Origin: Acidobacteriota bacterium
Lineage (GTDB): Bacteria; Acidobacteriota; Terriglobia; Terriglobales; Acidobacteriaceae
Direction: 5' to 3'
Length of the DNA stretch: 29,359 nucleotides
Assembly (NCBI GenBank): GCA_003225655.1
Contig: QIAW01000124.1
Coordinates: 1 to 29,359 of the forward strand
The translations under genes were made by a program, and so were the position numbers. The notes beneath the pieces were generated by a model that saw only the letters and a program-made list of their open reading frames with translations, had not been told where the DNA came from and ran no database searches. Shown here in pieces: positions 16,182-24,180 of the stretch (its first letter is position 1; every line of letters starts with the position of its first letter).

Positions 16182-16898
16182 TTAAGAACCTTGTTTTACG
16201 GCATCGCTCAACACAATGGCATCGGCAATTTCTTTCATGGATTTACGCCGCTGCTGGCTCTGGCGTTGCAGAATCTTGTAGGCCTCTGGCTCAGCGATCC
16301 TCAGATCCCGCTGCAGAATTGCCTTGGCGCGTTCTACGAGCTTGCGGGTTTCCAGTTGCTCGGAGAGCTGCGAGTTTTCGCTCTCCAGCCGTGCCATCTC
16401 GATCTCGGCGCCCACCAGGAAGCCGATGGTCGAAACCAGGCGGATTTCACGTTGACTGTAGGGATGGGGCGCGCGGTTCTGCAGGTTAATCACGCCTACC
16501 AGCCGCCCGCGGCTGAGCACAGGAACGGAGAGGAATGCCGCAAAGCGGTCTTCCGGCAGTTCATTAAAAAATTGAAAACGTGAATCAGCGGAGGCATTTT
16601 CTGGCACGGCGACCGGCTGCCGATGTTCTGCGACCCAGCCGGTAATGCCTTGTCCCAGCTTCAACTTCAATCGGTCCACAGTTTCGGGATGTGGATTCTT
16701 GGAGGCGCGCAGAACAAGCTCGTCACTCTCCAGCACATAGATGAAGCATGAATCGCACTTCACCACGGAGGTCACAAATTCGACCACATCGGCCAGCACA
16801 TCGTGCAACGGCTCGGCCGCCGTCCGGTTGGCCATGCGCTGCAGGAAGGCGGTCTCAGAATCCTCATTCAACATATAGGTTGACATACCATTCGACAT
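16182..16898 (-). CDS. GAF plus ANTAR domain RNA-binding antiterminator
   Basis: GAF: LGQGITGWVAEHRQP, EDRFAAFLSVPV, LVGVINLQN. Coiled coil, then ANTAR: QLETRKLVERAKAILQRDLRIAEPEAYKILQRQSQQRRKSMKEIADAIV. No receiver domain. Confidence 0.92.
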   Translation of the reverse strand: MSNGMSTYMLNEDSETAFLQRMANRTAAEPLHDVLADVVEFVTSVVKCDSCFIYVLESDELVLRASKNPHPETVDRLKLKLGQGITGWVAEHRQPVAVPENASADSRFQFFNELPEDRFAAFLSVPVLSRGRLVGVINLQNRAPHPYSQREIRLVSTIGFLVGAEIEMARLESENSQLSEQLETRKLVERAKAILQRDLRIAEPEAYKILQRQSQQRRKSMKEIADAIVLSDAVKQGS

Positions 16899-16991
16899 AG
16901 AAGGGTTAGTAGCGGGATTCGAATGAAAGGGACAATGATACCTTGGTATAGGTTTCGTATAGAAAAATAGAAATGTAAAGATAAAGAAATC

Positions 16992-17615
16992 TTATCGGTG
17001 AGAGCGAGGATTCAACTTTTCTGACATTCTTACCAGCTCCGGCAGGGAATCAGCCTGCATTTTCTGCATTACATGGCTGCGATGGAATTTGACCGTGACT
17101 TCACTGAGTCCGAGTTGCGCGGCGATCTGCTTATTCAGCAGCCCTTGAACCACCAGGTCCATGATCTCGCGCTCTCGTGGTGTGAGGCTGTCAAAGCGGG
17201 AGCGTAGAGAGAAAATAGCGGCCTGTTGGTCACGCCGTGCGAGGTCGCGTTCAAGCGCCTGATGGATGGCGGCGAGAAGTTCGTCTTTTTGAAATGGCTT
17301 GGTCAGGAATTCTATTGCGCCCGCTTTCATCGCCCGGCGAGTCATAGGTATGTCGCCATGGGCGGTAATGAAGATAATGGGAATGGGTATGCCGCAGCTT
17401 TCGAGCTGGTTTTGGAAATCCAGGCCGCTGACGCCGGGGAGTTTTACGTCGAGCACAAGACAACTGGGAACCTCTGGCCGCGTGGCTTCCATGAATTCTT
17501 CCGTCGAGGCGAACACCTCGGCGTGGTGCCCCGCCGATTCCAGAAGATTGCTGACGGCGTCGCGAACAGAGACGTCATCATCAACGACGTAAATTACCGG
17601 GCGTGGGTTAGCCAT
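16992..17615 (-). CDS. Response regulator, FixJ/NodW-type (receiver plus LuxR HTH, 207 aa)
   Basis: IYVVDDD, CLVLDVKLPG (phospho-Asp), FLTKPF, LTPREREIM...GLLNKQIAAQLGLSEVTVKFHR. ATG 17615 overlaps the kinase stop (ATGGCTAA). Confidence 0.93.
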   Translation of the reverse strand: MANPRPVIYVVDDDVSVRDAVSNLLESAGHHAEVFASTEEFMEATRPEVPSCLVLDVKLPGVSGLDFQNQLESCGIPIPIIFITAHGDIPMTRRAMKAGAIEFLTKPFQKDELLAAIHQALERDLARRDQQAAIFSLRSRFDSLTPREREIMDLVVQGLLNKQIAAQLGLSEVTVKFHRSHVMQKMQADSLPELVRMSEKLNPRSHR

Positions 17616-19106
17616 TGGAATCCTGCGAGCGTATGGGAATGGTGAACTGGAAAATGGCGCCGCCCGAAGGACGTGGCGTTGCCCACAACCGCCCCTGGTG
17701 CGATTCGACGATGGAACGGCTGATTGATAACCCCATGCCGATACCCTGGGGTTTTGTGGTGAAGAACGGCTCGAAGATTTTTTCCGTGATTGCAGGGCTG
17801 AATCCCACGCCACCATCTTCAACTCGAACCACTATTTGAGTAGAGTTTTCCGTGCCAGAGCTGATGAGCAGCTCCTTGGTACGGCTGGCGGTCCCTGCCA
17901 TGGCATCCATGCCATTCATCATGAGGTTAAGCACAACCTGTTGCAACTGGACCCTGTCTCCCTTGACCTCCGGAAGACCAGAAGCCAGGGCTGTCCGAAT
18001 GGTGATGCGACGCCCTCCTGGGCAGGAGCTTCTTTTTTGAAGAGAGCGCGAATTCGGCCAAGCACGGCGCCGGCCCTGGTTCCATCCTGGATAATTCTCT
18101 CAGTGGTCTGCAGCGCCTTGCTTACATTGGGTGGATTCGCCGCGAGCCAGCCGAGACACGCATGGCCATGCGCAACCACAGCAGCCAGCGGTTGATTGAT
18201 CTCGTGAGCGATGGAAGCAGCCAGCTCACCCATGCTCAAAACCCGGGAAAGATAAGCAAGCTCAGTCTGGGTTCTCATCAAGGCGTCTTCGGTCTTATGT
18301 AACTCTTCGATGTCGGTGTTGGTTCCGTACCAGCGGAGTGTCTTTTGCTGCTGATCTTGTAGCGGTACACCGCGGGTGAAAAACCAACGATATTGCCCGT
18401 CAGCGCCGCGCACACGCCATTCGCCTTCCAAGGGCTTTGCTTGAGACAGCGCGTCTCGCCAAAGCCGCCGGAAGCCTTCCCGGTCCTCGGGATGAATGGT
18501 TTCAACAAAGGCCTCGCCCTTCATCTCATCCACGGTCCGGCCAACATAGTTGAGAAGACGCTGATTGCAATAATCAATCGAGCCGTCGGCCGTGCCGCTC
18601 CAGATCTGCTGCGGAATGACTTCGGTCAAAAGATGGAGTTGGTGCTCCCGCCTGCGCAACTCGGTATTGGATTTCTCGAGCTCGGCTGTGCGCTCGGCAA
18701 CCCGGATCTCCAGTTGGTCGCGGGCTTCCATGAGCGCCTCCTCACTCTGCTTCTTCGACGAACTTACCCAGCTTGCTACCAGTGCGCAAATGACAAATGC
18801 GGCGAAATATGTCTCTGCGGTCGCGTTGATGGCGAAGGAATACAGCGGAGGCACAAAGAAATAATCAACAGCGAGGGTCGAAATCAGCACCGCGAAGAGT
18901 CCCGCGCCCATGCCGCCAAACCACGCGCTCGCCATCACGGCGCCAAAAAACAGGAATAGAAATGGATAAGGAAAGAGGTGCTGGACCAGCAGCGTCAGCA
19001 CCAGCGACAAAGCCACAAAGCACAGTGCCGCTCCGTAGCGCTGCAAGGCAGGTTTGGCCGGCCTTCTGGGTGATGCACTGGTTTGGGGGAGGGCCGTTAA
19101 TACCAA
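17608..19106 (-). pseudogene. Membrane PAS sensor histidine kinase, split by an apparent deletion with frameshift near 18012-18015
   Basis: First frame: four-TM input region, PAS, H-box ELAASIAHEINQPL, ending RIRALFKKEAPAQE. The -1 frame continues RRITIRTALASGLPEVKGDRVQLQQVVLNLMMNG to the G-boxes EDGGVG and GIGMGLSIS. TTG 19106 start inferred. Confidence 0.85.
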
Positions 19107-19136
19107 GTCCTTCAAAATGCGCCTCTTAAGCGCTGG

Positions 19137-19145
19137 ATTATAGCA
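19137..19145 (-). promoter_or_regulatory. Extended -10 promoter element for the kinase/regulator operon
   Basis: TGCTATAAT is an exact TGnTATAAT, about 30 nt upstream of the inferred TTG start. Confidence 0.6.
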
Positions 19146-19219
19146 AAGACAGAAATCTGACACGCGGCCTGGAGGCGCGCAGCGATATATCTTCAACGAG
19201 GCATTGTGGCGGAATGGGT

Positions 19220-20083
19220 TTACCGCTTCAGATGAGAATCAAAGAATTGTGAGCTCATGGTTACGAATTTTTCCAGGTTTGCGCGCTTTTCGATGCCGTG
19301 TCTTTCATCGGGAAACTCAACGTAGGTTGCGGGCACGCCGTTTTTCTGCAGCTCAGCCACAAACGGAACCAGAGGGTCGAGCGCGCCGTGAAAGATCAGG
19401 AAGGGAACTGTTTCGCGATCTATGTTAAAGATGGGCGAGGCAGAGCGATAGAGCTGAATTTCCTGTTCTGGTGTTCCGCCCATCAAGTTGTGCACCAGCT
19501 TGGGCACATCGGCTGGAGTTGTAGGTAAGGCAGTTAAATCGGTGGGGCCGTACATATCCACCACACACTGCACGCGGCTGGAATATAAGGCCAATTCCGA
19601 TGGCTGATGGTCCCGTGTCTCGACCGTGCCGAGCAGCGCGACCAGGTGTCCGCCGGCGGAGGCTCCCATGGCGCCGATGTGGTTAGGATCAACACCGTAG
19701 CGGGCGGCATTGGCCCGTATCCAGCGCACGGCGTGCTGCACGTCATCCAGTTGCGCGGGAAAATGGTGATCGGTAGCGTTCACCAGGCGATAGTTCACCA
19801 CGAAGCATACATATCCGCGTTGGGCAAAGCCTTCTGCCAGGGTACGGAAGTCGCTTTTGTCCCCACCGCGCCAGCCGCCGCCGTGAACGAAGATGATCGC
19901 CGGCCTGAGACCCGCGGCCGGCAAACGTATAACATCCAGCAACAGGGGCTCTCCCTGCGCGACGCCGTAGCTGACGTTTTCTTCCACGTGGGAAAGGCTT
20001 CTTTGGTGCGCCAACACCAGTAACGACAACACGGCCAGCAGCAATAACGGCCATACCACCCGGTTTTTGGATTTGACTGACAT
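19220..20083 (-). CDS. Secreted alpha/beta hydrolase esterase (HGGG-type)
   Basis: Signal/anchor N-terminus, FVHGGGW, VNYRL, GASAGGHL (Ser), HGALD (Asp), DERHG (His). Confidence 0.9.
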   Translation of the reverse strand: MSVKSKNRVVWPLLLLAVLSLLVLAHQRSLSHVEENVSYGVAQGEPLLLDVIRLPAAGLRPAIIFVHGGGWRGGDKSDFRTLAEGFAQRGYVCFVVNYRLVNATDHHFPAQLDDVQHAVRWIRANAARYGVDPNHIGAMGASAGGHLVALLGTVETRDHQPSELALYSSRVQCVVDMYGPTDLTALPTTPADVPKLVHNLMGGTPEQEIQLYRSASPIFNIDRETVPFLIFHGALDPLVPFVAELQKNGVPATYVEFPDERHGIEKRANLEKFVTMSSQFFDSHLKR

Positions 20084-20302
20084 TAGAACGCTACCCAGTG
20101 TGGATTTCGCAGGCTTTTGCAGAAGCGCATCATGACTTTTATCTTAGGCATATTGTTATATTCGTAAATTTGTTGGCAAAAGTTCCCCTGGAAGCACACG
20201 AGAGTGTAAACACGCTTAACAACCCGATGTTTCGAATTTATACGAAAGAGAGTGTTGTACACCGCCGCAAGCGTCTCGCCGTCTAATGGCATCTAAGTTT
20301 TT

Positions 20303-21190
20303 GTGAGATTGGCAGGCATAAAGACGGCAATTGTACGCACCTACGATGATGTGAACCGCAACCATACCATGCAGATGGCGGCTGCGCTCTCCTACTATTC
20401 GGTGCTTTCATTGTTTCCCGCGTTGATCTTGTTGTCTGCAGTGGTGGCGTATTTACCTGTTCCAGACCTGTTCAATCAGACCTTGGCGATGATGGCGCGC
20501 TTCCTGCCACCGGATACGATGGGCCTGGTTCGCCGGGTTCTGGCGGATGTGATCTCACCCAATCGAGGAACCTTTCTTTCCTTTGGAATATTGGGAACGC
20601 TTTGGGCGGCTTCAGGCGGATTCTCGGCAGCAATCGAAGCGCTGAACGTTGCGTATGACGTCGAGGATGACCGGCCATTCTGGAAGACGCGGCCGTTGGC
20701 CTTGGCGCTGGCCTTGATAACGGCGGTCCTGTTATTGGTTGCTCTCGTGACCATGATCGTGGGACCCAGATTTGGGGAGTGGCTCGCCGCTCGAGTGCAT
20801 CTTTCCCGGTTATTTATCCTGCTTTGGCCCTATCTTCACTGGACCATCGCCGTTGGCTTTACCGTGCTCGCGGTCGAGGTACTCTATTTTCTTGCTCCCA
20901 ACGTGAAACAGCGTTTTCTGGCTACGTTACCCGGCGCGGTGCTCGCCGTGGGATGCTGGATCGGCTTGTCGTATCTGCTGGGCATCTATTTTCGCCATTT
21001 TGCCAATTTCAATAAAACATATGGCAGCTTGGGCGCAGCTATCGCCTTAATGGTCTGGTTGTACTGGACTGGTTTTGCCATGCTGGTAGGAGCGGAATTA
21101 AATGCCGAGTTGGCCAAGCGGAGCCGCGAGGGCAAACTGGAGCAAAAGCATGAGCCGCCCGCTATCACAAAAATTGATCTCGCAGCGTGA
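20303..21190 (+). CDS. YihY/virulence factor BrkB family membrane protein
   Basis: AAALSYYSVLSLFPAL, LWAASGG, ALNVAYDVEDDRPFW, FLATLPGA, TYGSLGAAIALMVWLY, GAELN. Confidence 0.92.
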   Translation: MRLAGIKTAIVRTYDDVNRNHTMQMAAALSYYSVLSLFPALILLSAVVAYLPVPDLFNQTLAMMARFLPPDTMGLVRRVLADVISPNRGTFLSFGILGTLWAASGGFSAAIEALNVAYDVEDDRPFWKTRPLALALALITAVLLLVALVTMIVGPRFGEWLAARVHLSRLFILLWPYLHWTIAVGFTVLAVEVLYFLAPNVKQRFLATLPGAVLAVGCWIGLSYLLGIYFRHFANFNKTYGSLGAAIALMVWLYWTGFAMLVGAELNAELAKRSREGKLEQKHEPPAITKIDLAA

Positions 21191-21292
21191 CTCAAAGCTC
21201 GCCAAGGACTGATGAAGCTATACACCTCAATCGGCAGAATCACTGTCTTGCGCTACAATGGAAAAGTACCCACCCGCTGTCTTTGAAATCGT

Positions 21293-21368
21293 GGGCGCGT
21301 AGCTCAGTTGGTAGAGCAACGCCCTTTTAAGGCGTGGGTCGCTGGTTCGAATCCAGCCGCGCTCACCA
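21293..21368 (+). tRNA. tRNA-Lys (anticodon UUU), 76 nt, CCA encoded
   Basis: Acceptor GGGCGCG/CGCGCTC, D-arm GCTC-AGTTGGTA-GAGC, anticodon arm ACGCC-CTTTTAA-GGCGT, T-arm GCTGG-TTCGAAT-CCAGC, ending ACCA. Confidence 0.97.
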
Positions 21369-21487
21369 TAGACCCAACCAAGAGCAATTATTGCCGAGGT
21401 CCTTCGCCTTGCGGCTCAGGATTTCGCTTCCGGGCTAGCGCTTACGCCCGCAAGATGGCTCAAGTTCGAATCCAGCCGCGCTCACCA
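21369..21487 (+). mobile_element. 95-bp insert plus 24-bp duplication of the tRNA 3' end (att-like); no integrase
   Basis: GTTCGAATCCAGCCGCGCTCACCA occurs at 21345-21368 and 21464-21487; the insert is palindrome-rich. Confidence 0.7.
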
Positions 21488-21543
21488 GAAATCATATAAG
21501 CACTTCGATTGGAAGAAGAATGAACCGCAAACGTTCGGGATAC

Positions 21544-23139
21544 TTACTCTCCCACGGCAATTTTGGGAGAGGTGTCTTGCTGCGCCAGCCGGATAAGGTC
21601 CAGGCGGGCCCCATCAAGCAGTGCATTCCAACTGGCTTCAATAATATTGTTAGAGACTCCCACGGTTGACCAACTTTTGCCGCCTCCAGCCCACTGCACC
21701 AGCACACGCACCTTGGCGGCCGTGTTATTGCGGGAATCCAGCACGCGCACTTTGTAATCCGTAAGCCGGGCCTGCGTGAGCTGGGGATACATCGAGGAGA
21801 CACATTTTCGCAGGCAAAGATCGAGCGCATGCACCGGGCCTTCACCGATGGCGGTCGCTGTGTGAACCTGATTTCCTTCCGCCACGGTTACGCTGGCGGT
21901 AGATGAAGATTTTCCGCCTTCGGTCAGCTTAGTGACCACTTCGTAGTGCTTTACGTCAAAGAAGTGGGTTTGCGGATGTAAGGCTTCGTAGACCAGCAAC
22001 TCAAACGTCCCTTCGGCAGATTCGAGCTCATAGCCCTGGAATTCCATGTGCTTAATGCGCTCCAGAAGCTCGCGCCTGCTTTGTTCATTGAGGCGTTCCT
22101 CCAGCCCATGCTGCTTGAGCATATAAAGGATGTTGCTTTGTCCCGAAAGGTCGCTGACCAGAACGCGCTGGCTGTTGCCAACAGCTTCCGGCCGAATGTG
22201 CTCGTAGGTGGCAGAGTCTTTGAGAATGGCGCTGACGTGGATACCGCCCTTGTGCGCAAAAGCGCTCTTGCCGACAAACGGCTGCTCTCCTCGTGGGCTG
22301 AGATTGGCTACGTCGGCGATGGCCCGTGCCAGCGAAGTCAGGTGGGCCAGTTTTTCCGCGCCGATCACGTGATGGCCCATCTTCAGCTCCAGGTTGGCGA
22401 TAATAGAACAGAGATTGGCGTTGCCGCAGCGTTCGCCATATCCATTGATACAGCCCTGCACGTGCGTCGCGCCCTGCTCAACCGCTGCTAAAGTATTGGC
22501 GACGGCGACATCACAATCGTTGTGGGTGTGAATGCCAATGACCCCGTCAAAGCGGCGGCGCACCTCCGCCACCACCTCAGCCAGCAGGCCAGGAAGTGTT
22601 CCACCATTTGTATCGCAGAGGCAAAGAACGTCAGCGCCGGCTTTCTGCGCTGCTTCCAGCGTTCGCAGAGCGAAATCCGGGTTGGCGTTGTAGCCGTCAA
22701 AAAAATGCTCGGCGTCGTAGATGAGTTCTTTGCCGTGCTGCTTGAGGAAACTTACGGTTTCCGAGATCAACTGCAGATTCTGTTCTTCGGTGACCCCGAG
22801 GGCCCTCCGGGTGTGCAGGTCCCAGCTTTTGCCGAAAATTGAAACCACGGGTGTGCCGGTTTCGAGCAATCCTTTGACGCTGCGGTCGCTTTCCACGGTA
22901 TTTTTTGCCGAGCGCGTGGAGCCGAAGGCGGTAAGTTTGGCATGGTGCAGCTTCAGCTCCCGCGCGCGGACAAAGAGTTCCTTGTCCTTGGGGTTGGAGC
23001 TGGGCCAGCCGCCTTCGATGTAGTCGATGCCGAGTTCGTCGAGCATTTGCGCGATGAGGAGCTTGTCTTCCAGGGAGAACGAAATCGACTCGCCCTGGCT
23101 TCCATCGCGAAGCGTCGTGTCAAAGATAGAAATCTTCAT
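21544..23139 (-). CDS. cimA: Citramalate synthase
   Basis: FDTTLRDGSQGE, IEGGWPSSNP, IFGKSWDLH, YDAEHFFDG, GIHTHND, FAHKGGIH, LTDYKVRV, SWSTVGVS; 531 aa. Confidence 0.92.
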   Translation of the reverse strand: MKISIFDTTLRDGSQGESISFSLEDKLLIAQMLDELGIDYIEGGWPSSNPKDKELFVRARELKLHHAKLTAFGSTRSAKNTVESDRSVKGLLETGTPVVSIFGKSWDLHTRRALGVTEEQNLQLISETVSFLKQHGKELIYDAEHFFDGYNANPDFALRTLEAAQKAGADVLCLCDTNGGTLPGLLAEVVAEVRRRFDGVIGIHTHNDCDVAVANTLAAVEQGATHVQGCINGYGERCGNANLCSIIANLELKMGHHVIGAEKLAHLTSLARAIADVANLSPRGEQPFVGKSAFAHKGGIHVSAILKDSATYEHIRPEAVGNSQRVLVSDLSGQSNILYMLKQHGLEERLNEQSRRELLERIKHMEFQGYELESAEGTFELLVYEALHPQTHFFDVKHYEVVTKLTEGGKSSSTASVTVAEGNQVHTATAIGEGPVHALDLCLRKCVSSMYPQLTQARLTDYKVRVLDSRNNTAAKVRVLVQWAGGGKSWSTVGVSNNIIEASWNALLDGARLDLIRLAQQDTSPKIAVGE

Positions 23140-23145
23140 TTGTTT

Positions 23146-23294
23146 CTACGAGCAGCGCTCTTGCTCGCAAGTAGGGTGCAACTATTTGCAGAGGAGCAAC
23201 TTCTATTTTCTCCGAAGTTGCCGCGAACGGCAACTTAATACCTCGGGGAGGATTTGAAAGAGAGTACGTGGGGGCACTATCCTCGAGAGTACGT
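23146..23294 (-). promoter_or_regulatory. Structured region upstream of cimA with alternative hairpins
   Basis: 9-bp hairpin 23215-23236, alternative 8-bp pairing of 23196-23203 with 23214-23221, hairpin 23146-23174, direct repeat GAGAGTACGT at 23260 and 23285. Confidence 0.45.
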
Positions 23295-23371
23295 TGTTTG
23301 CGGTCCCAGGCGCGACTGTCGAATTTCGCGCTTCATGGCCAGGGCATTCTGGTTTAAATGAGCAAGTTTAA

Positions 23372-24106
23372 ATGAGTGACAAGATTCATTCCGTACCGGA
23401 CCTGCCGGATGCGGCTGTTCACATCTGGCGCGTCCCGCTGCTGGCCACGCCGGCCGCGCTGGCGTACTATCATTCACTGCTCGCGCCCGACGAACGCGCA
23501 CGCGCCGCCCGCTTTCATTTTGAAATCCATCGCCAGCACTTTGCGATTGCGCGGGCGCGAATGCGTATCTTGCTTTCCGCTTACTCAGGCTGTCTGCCGG
23601 TCCAGCTCGCCTTCAGCTATACCTCGTACGGTAAGCCCTACCTTTCGCATCCTTCGCTAGTATTCAATCTGTCGCACGCGCACGAGATGGCGATTTTCGG
23701 TGTAACCCGAAATCGCGCCATTGGAGTTGACATTGAGCATATACGCGCGGACCTCGCCACCGATGATATTGCAAACCGCTACTTCTCGAAGGAGGAGATT
23801 CGTGCTTTGCGCGCGCTTCCTGCCGAACAGCGGTGCGCCGCTTTCTTCCGCTGCTGGACGCGAAAAGAGGCTTATATCAAGGCCCGTGGCGAAGGGCTCT
23901 CCATGCCCTTGGCCGATTTCGAGGTTTGCCTCGAAGAAACAGAAGAGTTGTGGCTTTCAAATCACCAGGACCCGCACGAGGGCGCCAGATGGCAGTTGCG
24001 GAATGTTCCGGCTCCCGCAGGTTACGTGGCAGCGGCTGCGGTTCAGGGATGTGATCTCAACTTCAAATATATTGATTGGAGCGACGCCCCACCTACAGCA
24101 GCATAA
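23372..24106 (+). CDS. 4'-phosphopantetheinyl transferase, Sfp type
   Basis: YGKPYL, FNLSHA, IGVDIE, WTRKEAYIKARGEGL. Confidence 0.93.
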   Translation: MSDKIHSVPDLPDAAVHIWRVPLLATPAALAYYHSLLAPDERARAARFHFEIHRQHFAIARARMRILLSAYSGCLPVQLAFSYTSYGKPYLSHPSLVFNLSHAHEMAIFGVTRNRAIGVDIEHIRADLATDDIANRYFSKEEIRALRALPAEQRCAAFFRCWTRKEAYIKARGEGLSMPLADFEVCLEETEELWLSNHQDPHEGARWQLRNVPAPAGYVAAAAVQGCDLNFKYIDWSDAPPTAA

Positions 24107-24136
24107 TCGTGATTAAAAGAATATTTCAGCAAGAAG

Positions 24137-24163
24137 AAAAGCCTCGCACGAAGCGAGGCTTTT
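24137..24163. terminator. Bidirectional intrinsic terminator between convergent genes
   Basis: AAAAGCCTCGC-ACGAA-GCGAGGCTTTT. Confidence 0.85.
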
Positions 24164-24180
24164 GCAGGGGGGACGAAAGA

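Noticed and set aside
18030-18045. Programmed -1 frameshift at TTC AAA AAA GAA rescuing the kinase
   Set aside because: The phase is C-AAA-AAA, not the efficient A-AAA-AAG, and a frameshifted product would still lack the ~20-residue segment.
21464-21487. Second tRNA gene
   Set aside because: Only the T-loop, 3' T-stem and acceptor 3' strand are present; there is no D-arm or anticodon arm.
13287-21487. CRISPR array suggested by the repeated blocks
   Set aside because: Every repeat has only two copies, with no regular spacers and no cas genes.
23173-23182. T-box-like AGGGTGCAAC upstream of cimA
   Set aside because: It is on the strand opposite to cimA, is an imperfect match, and has no Stem I features.
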